NCBI RefSeq assembly: GCF_036971445.1
Contig: NC_091481.1
Coordinates: 73,036,001-73,100,000 of the forward strand
Length of the DNA: 64,000 nt
Reading direction: 5' to 3'
From: Narcine bancroftii
Lineage: Eukaryota
The notes under the pieces are model-generated. The model saw only the letters and a list, made by a program, of their open reading frames with translations. It was not told where the DNA came from and did not search any database. The translations under genes were made by a program, and so were the position numbers. Positions within the stretch are counted from its first letter, which is position 1. Every line of letters begins with the position of its first letter. Positions 36,692-49,520 of this stretch are shown here, one piece after another.

Positions 36692-37769
36692 AATTGAAGA
36701 GGGAAAGATGCTAGTATGTAGTGGTGTAGAAGATGGGGTGGTGGAATAGAAGTTGGTGGGTGATAGGTGGAACCATAAAGGGGAGGGGTTGGAAATGATG
36801 GAAGCTGGTGTGGGAAATAGGGGTGGGACAGAGGCTGGTAGGTTACAGATAGAACCAGATGGAGAGGAGATGATGAGAAGGTGGATCCAAGTTTTTGGGA
36901 GGGGTGTGAACAGTGAATGTGTGTGGGAGGAAAGCACCAGAGGTGATGGAGACCTGAAATTAGAGTTAAAATGACATGTGACTGGACGTCCAAGATGGGA
37001 ATTAAATGTTTGCAAGGCAATTGGAGATGGTTGTAAGAATAATAGGGTTGTATTCGTAGGTGATTTTAACTTGACAGGGTCTGCTACAATGGTAAGGCTT
37101 GGATAGGGCAAAATTAGTTAAGTGTATCCAAGAAAGTTTTCCTCATGCAGTATGTGGAGAGGAGGCAACTCTGGACCTCCTGTTGTGAAATGAGGCAGGG
37201 AAAATGAATGAGATGTCAGTGGGGGAGCCGTTTAGGACCCCAATTCTATTAGTTTTAAAATAGTTCTGGTAAAAGATAGGGCTGGCCCTATCTTTTGTAG
37301 TTACATCTGCCCATCTATCTTTTGTAGATGTAGTTACATCTGCCCATCTGTTATAACTTGTCACTCATCAGCATATATCCCATCCTCAGCTTGTGATGCT
37401 AGATACAACAGCCTTTCCTCATCCCTGTCCTGATGAGCATCCTGACCTCAAACCTTAACTTATACCTGTAATTTCCACGAATGTGGCATGTTACACTGAG
37501 TCCTTTTATTTGTTCTTATTTGTAGTATGCTTTCACCTCATTTCCAGAAGCAGTGAGGCCATCCCACTCTGATGAGACCTCACCCCAATCTGACCCTTCA
37601 GCATTCTCGGTCCCTTTCTTGTTGAAGTTGTAATCTCAGTATAATCTTTCTGCTCTCAGCCTTGTTCTTTGCAGTTGGCAGAGCAGGATGTGACCATGGT
37701 GTTCTTTCCAATTCTTGTTGGGGTGGGGGTTTGTGGCCAACATTCACTGTTAACCTTCTGTTTCCCCAG

Positions 37770-37892
37770 TGGTTATCACCGGCTGCGAGATGAGGCTGTT
37801 CCCACATTGTTCCACCCAAATCCTCGAGGAAAAGTGGCATTGACCAGAGCGAGCAGAGAAAAGGCAGCAGCTCCAGTATGCACCAGTGAATG
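37770..37892 (+). CDS. thap7: thap7 exon 3
   Basis: (S)GYHRLRDEAVPTLFHPNPRGK... contains the THAP AVPTxF box; CCCCAG acceptor and GTGAGG donor. Confidence 0.9.
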
Positions 37893-38004
37893 GTGAGGGA
37901 TGCTGTTTTAACACTCGGTTGTTAACTAGAAGTCAAAGTCTTGGGGAATGTTCCTTTTCTCGTCTGCTACCTCTTGTGCTTGAGTGCCAGCAACAGGTGA
38001 CAGT

Positions 38005-38250
38005 AAAAACACAATGCTGGAGAAACTCAGCAGGTCAAACAGAGTACTTTATATAGCAAAGATATGGGGTATGAGCAAGAACCGGGAGCCTACCTATATT
38101 TTGCTCATACCTTGATAAAGGGCTCAAAACTGAAACGTTGGTTATGTACTGTTATCTTTGCCATATAAAATATGCTGTTTGACCTGCTGAGTTTCTCCAG
38201 CATCGTGTTTTTATTTCAACCACTGTGCCTGCAGACTTTCATGTTTTACA
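38005..38250. mobile_element. Penelope-derived fold-back element
   Basis: Inverted arms AAAAACACAATGCTGGAGAAACTCAGCAGGTCAAACAG ... CTGTTTGACCTGCTGAGTTTCTCCAGCATCGTGTTTTT. Confidence 0.8.
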
Positions 38251-38456
38251 GATGACAATAGAAGTCTGCCCAGTCTTTACAGCCACTGGATCAGAGATAA
38301 TGAGAATCAGTGTTCCCAGACTTGTTCTGAGGCACGAATACAGATGCAATATGAGGGCTTTTTCATAATGGGGAAGAACTTGGCATCCATGTATTATCAG
38401 GTGATTGCTTCTGAGCCTTGTGTTAACATCCTCTTCTCTCTGTCCACCAATTTCAG

Positions 38457-39153
38457 TGACGCTGCTTTACCTGATGTGGATCTCAGAAGCCCCAGCTCCA
38501 CCTTGGAGACGACCTTCAGCATTTCCCAGGATGCTTCTGCCATCGTTCTGGATTATTCCATTCCTCAGGACAGAATGAGTGGAGGCATCTGCTCAGGCAG
38601 TACGTTGCTTACTGAGACACCACTTTACTCAAGCCAAGCTGAGCTGGAGGCCTCAGCACCCACTGTGATTTACCTGGTGGATGCTGAGTCCAAGCCTATG
38701 GAGTTCAACAGCATTGGGAATATGGAGGAAGCCTCTAAGGACAGCTTCTTGTCTCATTCTGATGTGCTGACTGACTTCTCAGTCAATTATCAGGAGGAAT
38801 TACCTGATGAAAGAGCCCCCATTCCCATTGCTTTGTACATGGCACGCATCCCTGGCGGGTCCCCAAGCCCTGCGGCTCATGTTGCTGTTGAGCACAGTTA
38901 CACTGTAGGCTGCCCACTAGTCTGGAAGAAGAGGGCGGAGGCCTTGAAGGAGGCCTTTGAGAAGGTCAGTAAGGAGTTGCGGGCGAGCAGGAAACGTGAG
39001 AGCCGCCTGAGGGCTCGCATCACCTCGATCCTGAGGGCAAGGGGCCGAGGGCCACGAGGCAGGCGGTCGAAGCTGGGCTTGACCGGTGACCTGTCTCCAC
39101 AGGTGGAGCTGTTTGAGGTGCAGGTAATGGATGAGGTGGTTGGTCTGAACTGA
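38457..39153 (+). CDS. thap7: thap7 exon 4 (last): HCFC1-binding motif and coiled coil
   Basis: TTTCAG acceptor in the correct phase; EHSY motif followed by PLVWKKRAEALKEAFEKVSKELRASRKRESRLRARI; AATAAA at 39839-39844. Confidence 0.88.
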
Positions 39154-40652
39154 GCCAAGCTCCCAGGGTGGCACCCAGAGCACTGTGGGTGGGGTGCTGT
39201 AACATGGTGTGCAGAGGCAGGAAGAGAAGGGGGGCCACAGTAGGAGGGGTAGTGTTCAGCTAGGGGGAGGGAGAATGGAGGGAATTTGGTAGGGGTGGAG
39301 ACCAGGTCAAGGAAGCTTCTGGGTTTAGGAATTTTCAGTGAGGGATGGGGCAGAGAGGACTACCAGAGGATGGGGTTTTGTGAAGGGAAAGCATGGGATG
39401 AGGAGAGGTTGTAGGGGGAAGGAAATGGGTGCAGGGTGAGGTGAGGTTTTTTTTGGGGGTGATGGATTTTGATGGGCAGAAAATGTAGGGAGAAGGTAGG
39501 TGTTCTGGATAGGAAAAGAATGGATGAGGTCTTCTGGGAGGGAATAAAATGGGTCAGGGAGTAGTCCTGGTTGTGGAGAGTGGAGGGGTCAGGTGAGGTG
39601 GGGGGGGGGAAAGTGGGAAGGATGAGTAGGAATAAGAGATGTGGGTGATGGAGAAAATGGGAGGTGGAATGTGTGGTGGGTGGTTGAAGGAGCTGGGCAG
39701 GGTATTGAGGGAACTGTATGAGAGCTGTATCTAGTGATTGTTCTGAGGCTCCACTCTAAGGAGGAGGCGAGTTGTTTGCGATCAATTGCTGATTTCTGCC
39801 TAGTGTGAGATGTAACTGTTGAATGTACTACTGTTTAAAATAAAGCAACTTGAATCAGTAGGATGTGGCAGCAACACGGATCACTGCATATTGTAATCTC
39901 TCTCTTTGGTGGTTGGTTACAAACTGGTATTTTGATCACATTTTTGCAATTAGGTTACAATGTTGGACTCTGATAGACATCATTTACACTGCTCTCCCCC
40001 CAGCCGATGTACTTGTGTATGCTCAGCTAGGGTCTGAGGATGAAGACTAGGCTCTGGGTGGATTTCCCTTTGTGTCTCCGCCTGCATGTCCTCTTTGTCA
40101 TTAAACAAATCACATCTGTGTATGAAGCCCACTTTAAGCAAGGAAAACTGCTGAACTGCTGCTCGAAAGCCCTGCGTTTAAAACCTGTTGATGTCTAGCC
40201 TTCATGCTGTGCATCAGTGCTGGGAGACCTGCTGGTGTGACTGTACACACTGACAGATCCATTTAGGTCTGGAGATGGTACAGCAATCAAAATAAGTCAC
40301 AGGACAATGTTATTCAGGCCCCTATACTCACCCCACACAGCAATTGGCTGCATCCTCATGGTATGGGGTCAGGGGAGGGCAGGGGGCAATAGGAGGTGTG
40401 GGGGAGGAGCAGGGGGCAATGGGGAGGTGAAGGGGAGGAGTGGGGGAGGGCAGGGGACAGCAGGAGGTGGGGCAGGGGAACAATATTTTTTCCCCTTTGC
40501 TTTAACAGTAATTAAAAGACATCACCTTAATGGAGTCTAGTTAAAGGTTCATATTATAACAGTCAGCGCTATCCAGAATAGCCCCTATGAAGCCCATGAG
40601 TTCCAGGTGAACATTACCTGTTGGGCAAGGACTTTGACACTTTGCTCTAATG

Positions 40653-41027
40653 CAGTGGTTCCCAACCTTTTACTTTCCACTCACATACCACTTTAAATAT
40701 TCCCTATGCCATAAGTGTTCTGTGATTAATAAGGGATTGCTTAAGGTGGTATGTGGGTGGAAAGAAAAAGTTTGAAAACCACTGTTTAAATCATTCCAAA
40801 TTGATTTGTTATGTGCACAGTTTCATAACTCCAAAGGAAATGGGCCATTGACAATTTTTCTCAAGCAAAATATTTCAGTAATAATTGGGTCCAGAGCAGT
40901 GATTCTCAACCTTCCCTTCCCACTCACATCCCACCTTTAGCAATCACTTACTAATCACAGAACACTTATGGCATAGGGAAATCTTAAAGTGGTATGTGAG
41001 TGGAAAGTAAAAGGTTGGGAACCACTG
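40653..41027. mobile_element. Composite hAT MITE (two inverted ~131-bp units around a 112-bp spacer)
   Basis: Outer TIR CAGTGGTTCCCAACCTTTTACTTTCCACTCACATACCACTTTAA; perfect 8-bp TSD CTCTAATG at 40645-40652 and 41028-41035. Confidence 0.92.
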
Positions 41028-41699
41028 CTCTAATGGAAAATATTAGAACAGATGAACAAAAGCTTAGCCAATGAGGAAGACTTGGTCCCAAGATGGTACA
41101 TTGCCTCACTGGTGCCAGGTTAAGGATTTCACTCAATAGTTATGGAGCATTCATAAAGCAGAAGATGAATAGCCTGAGGTCACTGTCCATGTTGTTAACC
41201 ATGAAGAAGAGATGAGCTCCTGAATTTACTCAGCCAAGGTTAAAAATGCAGGATCCCAAAAGTAGTGATCTCAGGATTACTCCTATTTGTTCAGTATGTG
41301 CTAATCGGTATAGAAATGGGAGGAAAGTGTATGGAGATAGTAGAAAAGTGAGATATCTGGGGCATTGGAACTATTGTGGGGGAGGAGGTCTGGTTGTACC
41401 TCAGCAGAGTTAGGAATAAGGGAGGGGTTTACTGTGCTTCTGGGAAGGGCTGGAATCTGAGGCAATAGGCAACATGCTGAAGGACCTCAGTGGGTTGAGC
41501 AGCAACAGTGAGGTGGGCAAGGGAACTGTCCATGCTTCAGGTCGAAACTCTAGTGGGGGTTGGAAAGATCAAAAGGAATTCATGAAGGGAATGTGAGAAA
41601 GGGAGTAAATGAAATGGACTGACAGCAAAGTAAAAAGTAGCAAATGAGATCCAAGTACCAAAATTATGGTGATTTCTAAAAGAAGTGCACTGCTGTGTG

Positions 41700-42539
41700 G
41701 AAGAAACATGGCTGTAGGGTGATCACAGCTGGAGACTAAACATTCAAGGGTATTGGACATTTAGGAAAGGCAGGCAAAGAGGGATTATTATACCATAATT
41801 AACAAGAGAGGATCAAAGTGGTGGTTGGAAATGAACTTGGTAAGAATGTTTATGGGGCACCAAATAGTAGTTACTATTGGTTATGGCGTAGATCAGGAAG
41901 TTAGGTGTGTGTGACAGGAGTAATACAGTGATCATTGGAGATTTTAACTCATGTTTAAACTGGACAAATTAAATTTGCTATAATAAAATGGAAGAATTTC
42001 TGAGATGCTTTTTGACATCAAGTTGGCAAGGAGCCAAATAGGTAAAAGGTAATTCTGGATCTTGCTCTGTGCAACGAGAAAAGGTTAGTTGGTAATGTTG
42101 ACAAGAGACTTGTGGAAAAGTAATCATAATATAAAATTTGACATTGAATTTTAAAAGGAGATGTAATGCAAACTGGTCTTAAATTCACACAGAAGAAAGT
42201 AACAGCATGACAGGAGTGTTTGCTGTTTATACTTATCAAGAGTCCATGAATAACTAGAACATGCTAGTGTGGGGAGAGCATTGGCTGATTGGCAGGAAGC
42301 AGTCAGAATACAGGGATCATATTTCTGGTTGAGTGTCAGTTGCTAGTGGTGTTCCATAGGGTTTGGTGTTGGGGCTGCTTTTTATATTGTATATTAATGA
42401 TTTAGATTATGGAATGAATGGCTTTGTTGTTTGCAAACGATACTAAGGTAGGTGGAGGAGCAGGTGGTGTTGAAACAGGGAGGCTGCAAAAGGACAGATT
42501 AGGAGAATGGGCAGAGAAGTGGCAAATGAAATATAATGT
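41700..42539 (+). mobile_element. CR1 LINE, 5' part (host of the Gypsy insertion)
   Basis: IGDFN and ILDLALCNE endonuclease remnants; SGVP.G.VLG.L..LYINDL..FANDTK RT remnants; ends WAEKWQMKYNV. Confidence 0.8.
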
Positions 42540-45500
42540 TGTAGCGGCGCTGTAGATAGACTACAACTCCCAGAAGTCTAGTGAACTGGCATGGGACATC
42601 ATAATGATATGATGTGGCATGCATGGTTCAGTGTTTTAAAAGTATACGCACGTGACTCGAGTAAATGAGTTCTGATTTACCTGCAACTGTGTGTCGTTAT
42701 TTTGCATTCATCAGCCACTACTGCGTTTTCAGTGGCTACAATTGGTGACCCTGACGGGTCCAAAATGAGCTTTTGGACCATATGGATACTGCAGCTATTG
42801 CTGTTAAGCTAATGCCCTTCTAGTTGGTGAAACCAGAGCTGTGGTTTTGACAGGCTGAGGCACAATTTCACCTCAGGAAGATCGAGGTGGACGCGACTCG
42901 CTATTATCACTCGTCAGTGCCTTGCACCAAGCCACTACCAAGTGAGTTGGTGACGTTTTGCGCAATCCACTGGAGCCTGGAGAGTGCACCTGCTGTGAAT
43001 TTACGGCATGTCCCGCAGAGGGCTGCCAGACTGTTACACATGGAGGAGTTGGGTGACCGTGCCCCATCTGAATTAATGGACGACATTCTGTGCCTGACAT
43101 CTGGCCAACGGCCAGATATGTTACTTGAACAGCTCTTCCTGGAGAGGATACCAGAAGACATTAAACACTTATTATCGCACAGTTCTTTTGAAGACCCCAA
43201 GGCAGTAGCTGTAGAGGCAGACGTCCTGTGGCTGGGGAAAAAAAACACACCAAAAAGTCTTCGGACAATGTCACTGCGTGACAGCTGTCCGCACCCAGCA
43301 CCTCCATTGTTGACACTACTTACTAAGCCAACGCTCTCAACACATCAGCTCCTAATATAAAATGTCTCAAATCCGGCAGACAGCCTGTTGACACCGGCGT
43401 TGGGGAGATGATACATGTAGGTGCCTGCCACCCTGTGCGTTCTCGGGAAATGCCCTGGCCAACTGTCGTTAATGGCTATGAAGGCGTGGCTTGATGGCGA
43501 AGGAGGAAGATGTATAATTCCATATTTCCCCAGTTGGACTAAAAAATACCTGAATTTGAATACTTGGAAAAGTTTTAAAAGTTTGTTTTGAAGTTATCTG
43601 AATGTTTAAAGACTGTAATGGCAGCTAATACAAGGAAATCGAAGACACAGATTCAGAAAAAACTTCACTTTATAAGTTTAGAAGAAGTGAGGCCTACTTA
43701 TAAATGGAGCCCGGCTAAGTATTACCCCGGCACCACCACAAGATAGCGTTGGGCTACCAATTTTTAATTCGTATGTTGGGAGGGCTGCAGAATCACTGGA
43801 GTCCATTAAGGAGATTTGGGGCAACATGATGGAAAACGTACATGCGTGGACCTCTGTGTTGCTGGTGCGTCGCAGGTCTGGGAGTTACTGGATAAGGTCT
43901 GGGCTGTCGGTGAGGGTCAATGGCGTTCTGAACAAATTGGATCTGGACCTGTAGGGGTCCAGACCAGAAGCAAGGTTAAATCAAAGGCTGAATTAAAAGA
44001 ATTGGAAGAAGAATTGCTGATTGTTGTTGAAGAGAAACAAGGTAGGCCTCAAGGAGAGGACACTAACTTTGAAGCTGTTTTGGAATCAATGGCACATCAA
44101 ATGGGCAATATGTCAACGCAAATATCTACTCGGATGGAACATGGATTTATGAATATAACAAAAAATGAATAATATTTCTGATGAAATTTCTTCTCTTAAA
44201 AAGGACATTTTTCCTGTTAAAGGTGATGTCAAAAAATGTTTGAATTTGGTGGACACAGGTCAAGATAATTTTAAGAAAATGGAAGGTGCCTTTCAAGTTT
44301 GTAAGGACCAAATGGAATGTAATAAACAGAAAATAGAGAAAGTGGAAGATTCTTTCGTTGGATGGGAGATTCAGAAGAAAGATTTATTGAAGAAGATAGA
44401 CTCTCTGGAAAATCAAAGTTGTCGAAATAATGTTAAAATAGTGGGAATTCCTGAAGGAATCGAGGGTTCAGATTCAATTAAAAATGGATTCCTGAGGCAT
44501 TGGGAATTGGAGTTTTTTCCAGAAGGTTTGGAGTTGGATAGAGCTTTAAGGAGTAAACCATATTCAGGTCAACCACCATGAGCTGTTTTGATTCGCATTC
44601 CAAAATATCAAGATAGAGAAACTATTTTGAGAGTAGCAGTTCAGAATGCACATAGATATCAATCCCCATTGATGGTACAGGGAAATAAGTTTTTTTTCTA
44701 TCCAGATCTGAGTCAAAAAATTATTAAGAGATGTAAAGAGGTGCTTTGGAGAAAGGGTTATAAATTTTAGATATCCTGCAGTATTGAAAATTTTTTATGG
44801 TAATTTTCAATCACAATTTTTTGAGAATGACTGATGCTTTAATCTTTGCTAATTCTCTGCCTGATAGGGCTGTTGAAAGCCACTCTTCACCTAAGAGGAG
44901 GATATCTGAGAAGAAGAATGGAAACGGGAATGGGAATCTTGATTGATATTGATGATCTGGAGTTTTGGGATTAAAATCAATGGGGGCTGTGAGCTAATTT
45001 AGACTTATCGTTTTACGAGTCTGATTGGGGGAAGAGAGGTCGGTCGCTGAAGCTTTCCGAAACCATCTGCCACCTGTGGGGGGGATTTATTTCTGTCCAC
45101 ACCCAGCCAAGTGTGGAGTTACTACTTTGTAGTGCTGTTTTGTTTAATGATCATTTATCAAGGGAAGCTTTAAGATGAATTTTTTTTGAATTATTAGAAG
45201 GGATAGAAAGGGGGGCTTTTAAGAGGAGTTTTAAGGGTTTTGTTTTAGTTAGTAGAAGGGATAGAATGTTGAGGGCTTTTTTGTATTTGATGTTTGAGTT
45301 TTACTTTGATAATAATGTCCAATATAAACTTTGCAAGTTTAATGTTCAGTGTTTAAATAATCCAATTAAGAGAAAACGTGTTTTAGCTTGTATAAAAAAA
45401 ATGAGAGTTGACATTGCTTTTTTGCAGGAGACTCATTTAACCGAAAGAGAACATTTGAGATTGAAGAGGGTCTGGGTTGGACGTGTATTTTCATCTTTAA

Positions 45501-48500
45501 CTCAAAAGCAAGAAGAGTGGCAATTTTGATTGATAAGAAAATACCATTTGAACTTGTTTCTTTGTCGGAATCAGTTGGTCGTATTTTAATGATTAATTGT
45601 AAATTGTTTGCTGAGCCATGGTCTTTATTGAATGTGTATGCACCTAATGTTGATGGTGAACAGTTTGTGTCTGAAGCTTTCTTAATTTTAGGAATATTTT
45701 GATTGGGGAAGACTTCAATTGTGTGTTAGACCCATTATTGGATAAATTTCTGAAATTTGTAAAAAAAAAAAAAAAAAATCGAAAGCAGCAGTTCAATTGG
45801 TTTCCTTGATGAAAGATCTGAATGTTCAATTAATGGGAACATTTACACATGGTCTTTTATATATAGCGGCATTGTCACGACCGCTATTTGGGGCTGATTT
45901 TCTTCGAGCTCATTCATTTATGATGGATTTAAAAGGGCATCAGCTGCTGGATAGTACCACCTTTCAAACTATTCACCTGGCAGAATCGCATGTTCCTGCG
46001 ATATGCCTTCAAGCCCTGCGTAAGACTGTTGATAGGTTCTCCACACTTGTACAAGAGTTTCCTTAAATGACAACTTTGCAGTTTCGACACCCACTGTGAA
46101 ACATGAAGTAATTCATCATATTTCTACCAAGAGTCCTCCCATTCATACTAGGGCATGTCGCTTGCCTCCGGAGAAACTGCAATTAGCTAAACAAGAATTC
46201 CACAAAATGGAAGAGCTGGGGATAATTCGCAGGTCCGACAGCTCATGATCGTTTCCATTACATTTAGTTCAAAAATGCACCGGAGGGTGGAGACCTTGTG
46301 GAGATTATAGACAGCTCAAAGATGCCACTATACTGGATCTCTACCCTATTCCCAAAACCAGATACCAGTGGATCCAGAAAACATCTCGAAAATGGCAAAT
46401 AATTACCCCTTTCACATTGTTTGGATTTTTGTGTGCCTTTTAGGTTAAAAAAAAATTCAGCTCCGACCTTTCAGTGAGTTATGGACACATTATGGCGTGG
46501 CATGGTCAATGTCTTCATTTATCGAGATGGCATATTAGTCACCATCAAAACTAAAGAGCACATGGAACATCTGTGTGCACTCTTTAGACATCTGTTAGAA
46601 TTTGGACTGACCTTCAATCCAGATAAATGTGTTTTCGGACAATAGTGCATAGAATTCCTGGGGCGTACAATCACCGACAAAGGCATGGTTCCACTGTCTT
46701 CCAAGATCAATGCCATTACTGAATATTCCAGACCAACCACTGTCAAAGGTCTACAAGAGTTATTGGGCATGGTTAATTTTTATCGTTGATTCCTTCCAGC
46801 AGCAACTCTCGTTATGAAGCCTCTGTTCAATCTGCTGTCTGGTGATGCCACATCTATTCAGTGGGCAGCTGAAATTCTAAATGCTTTCATAAAGACAAAG
46901 GAATTATTAGCTCAAACAACCATGCTCAGTTATCCAGTCCTAAATGCAGCCACCTCCCTTTCAATGGACACGTCTGATGTGGCCATAGGGGGTGCTGCAG
47001 CAGTATGTTGATGGATATTGGAAGCCATTGGCCTTCTTTAGCCGCCACCTCCATGAGGCCGAGGGGGAAACAAAATACAGCGCCTTTGATAAAGAGCTTC
47101 TGGCCGTATATTTGTCCATCCATTACTTTTTGGAAGGCAGACTCTTCACCATTTTCATGGACCATAAACCGTTGACCTTTACATTTTTGAAGGTGTCAGA
47201 GCCATGGTGAACTCGACAAGAGTGGCAGTTGTCCTTCAATTCGGAATTCTCTACCAGAATAATGAACATTTCTCGAAAAGACAATGTAGTGGCTGATGCA
47301 CTTTCCCACTCAGTTGCACTTGAAGTGTCAGCTATAGACCACGGTATTGACTCTCACTGCTGCCCAAGCACAAGACTGTGAGTTGGAGTCGTATCACACC
47401 TCAATAACCAACCTACAATGGAAGGATGTGAAAATCAATGCCGACAGCAAGCTGCTCTTTTACGATGTGTCAACAGGACATCCACGGGCAGTGGTTCCAG
47501 CTTCATAGAGATGTTGCATTTTTTATTCTGTCCATGGTCTTTCTCATCCATCCATCAGATCACTCGTCTGATTTCTTGCAGATTTGTTTGCACGGTCTGA
47601 AGAAAGACATCATACAAATGGCCAGATCTTGTGTAGCTTGTCAAAAAGTCAAAATCCATCAGTATACAAAAGCATTGCTACTACCCTTCCCACCGGTAAC
47701 TCACTGTTTCGACCATGTCCATGTGGAACCAATTCCAGTTTCACGAGGCTACTGCTATCTCTTCACAGTGACTGATAGGTTTACTAGATGGCCTGAGACA
47801 GCCCCAATGGCAGATGCTTCTATAAACTCTTATGCACGAGCATTCCTTAATTCCTGAGTGGCTCGCTTTGGCCTACCAGTGCACATCACTCTGACAGAGG
47901 ACCTCAATTTATATCTTAATGGACGGTCTTATCTCGGTTGCTCAGCTCTAGGCTTCATCATACAAGCGCCTATCACTCACAGTCCAACGGGATGGTTGAA
48001 TTATTCCATTGTCACCTTAAATCAGCCTTAATGGCCCATTTGGACGATCCCAACTGGGCAGATGAAATACCATGGGTTTTGCTTGGCATTAGGACAACTT
48101 CAAAAGAGGATCTCCACATTTGGTCTGTGGAGCTTGTATACAGCACACCTTTAGTGGACCCAGGGAAATTCGTTTCACATGGATCCAGTAAAAATGAAGA
48201 TTCCAAAGAGCTGCTGAGCAGATTAAGGGATACCGTAGGCAAATTACCTCCTGTAGCACCATAATCACTAACTGAAGGATTGTGAATATATGTTCATACG
48301 TCGAGGAACACATGGCCAGCCCTTGCAGGCACCATACAAGGAATCATATAGGGTAATAAGACAAACAAGGTCAACCTGCATCTTGAACATTGCTGGGCAG
48401 CCTCTGTCATTCACAATTGACAGGCTCAAACCTGCCTATGTTGATAAGACTGCCCTTCTTCAACAGCCAGCAGTCCAGCACAGGGGTTGACCTCCCAAAA

Positions 48501-48755
48501 AAAACTACCAGGTGATAGTGCAGGTTCTTGGGTAGGGGGGGGTGGTGGGTGGGTGTGCAGTGGAGGTATAGATAGACCACAACTTCCAGAAGTCTAGCCA
48601 ACTGGTACGGGATTATGTCTTGACATGGCACATGTGGTGTTCATTGTTTTAAAAGAATACGCACGTGACTTGAGTAAATGAGTTCTGATTTATCTGTAAC
48701 TGTGTGTGTCATTATTTTACGTTCATCAACCAACACTGTGTTTTCAGTGGCTACA
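42540..48755 (+). mobile_element. Degenerate Ty3/Gypsy LTR retrotransposon with both LTRs
   Basis: 5' LTR 42540-42740 (TGTAGC..GCTACA); PBS TGGTGACCCTGACG (tRNA-Trp-like); gag 42780-43470; PR-RT-RH-IN remnants 45825-48490 (GADFL, WRPCGDYR, YSAFDKELLAVY, DRFTRWPE, AYHSQSNGMVE); G-rich PPT; 3' LTR 48556-48755; TSD ATGT. Confidence 0.92.
43481..45823 (+). mobile_element. L1-clade LINE 5' half (5' UTR, ORF1, endonuclease start) nested in the Gypsy
   Basis: ORF1 coiled coil and KIDSLENQSCRNNVKIVGIPEGIEG; ORF2 EN FNVQCLNNPIKRKRVL..VDIAFLQETHL, LLNVYAPN, IGEDFNCVLD. Confidence 0.88.
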
Positions 48756-48759
48756 ATGT

Positions 48760-49520
48760 CAGAAAGTGTAAGGTCATGAACTTTAGTAGAATAAATAAAT
48801 GGCAGTAAGTTGAAAATTCCCAGTGGACCTGAGAGTCCAATGCAGGACAGCCTGAAGGTAAATTTGCAAGAGTCAGTGGTGAAGAAAGCAAATGCAATGC
48901 TGGCATTCATTTCAAGAGGAATAGAATATTAGAGAGATGTGATGTTGAGGCTTTATAAGGCATTAATGAGACCTCACTTGTGAGCAGTTTTGGGCTCTTC
49001 ATTTAAGAAAGGATGTGCTGATGTTGGAGAGGGTTCAGGGAAGGTTCACCAGGATGATTCCAGGAATGAACGGGTTATCGTGTGTGGAGTATTTGACAGC
49101 TTTTGGCCTGTACTCATTGAAATTTAGGAGAATGGGGTGGGCAGAAATCTTATTGAAACATTTTGAATGTTGAAAGGCATGGACAGAGTATGTGTAAAAA
49201 GGTGGTTTCCCATGGTGGGAGAGTCTAGAACAAGAGGGCACAACTTCAGGACTGAAGGGGATCTGCTTGGTACAGAAATGCAAAGGAATTTCTTCAGCCA
49301 GAGGGTGGTAAATCTGGAATTTGCTATCACAGGTGGTTGTGGAGGCCAGGTCTTTGAGTGTATTTAAGGCAGAGATTTATAGGTTCTTGATGAGCAAGGG
49401 CATCAAGGGTTATGGGGAGAAGGCTGGGCAGTGAGGCTGAGTGGGGAAATGGATCAGCTCATGATTAAATGGAGGGGAAGACATTGGGCAGAATAGACTA
49501 TTTCTACTCCTATGGCTATT
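48760..49520 (+). mobile_element. CR1 LINE, 3' part (continues 41700-42539)
   Basis: Resumes KCKVM; VVKKANAMLAFISRGIEY, QGRFTRMIPGM, GESRTRGHN, 3' UTR. Confidence 0.85.

Noticed and set aside
35573-39153. THAP domain as a P-element transposase
   Set aside because: No catalytic domain or TIRs; exon structure, EHSY motif and coiled coil fit host THAP7
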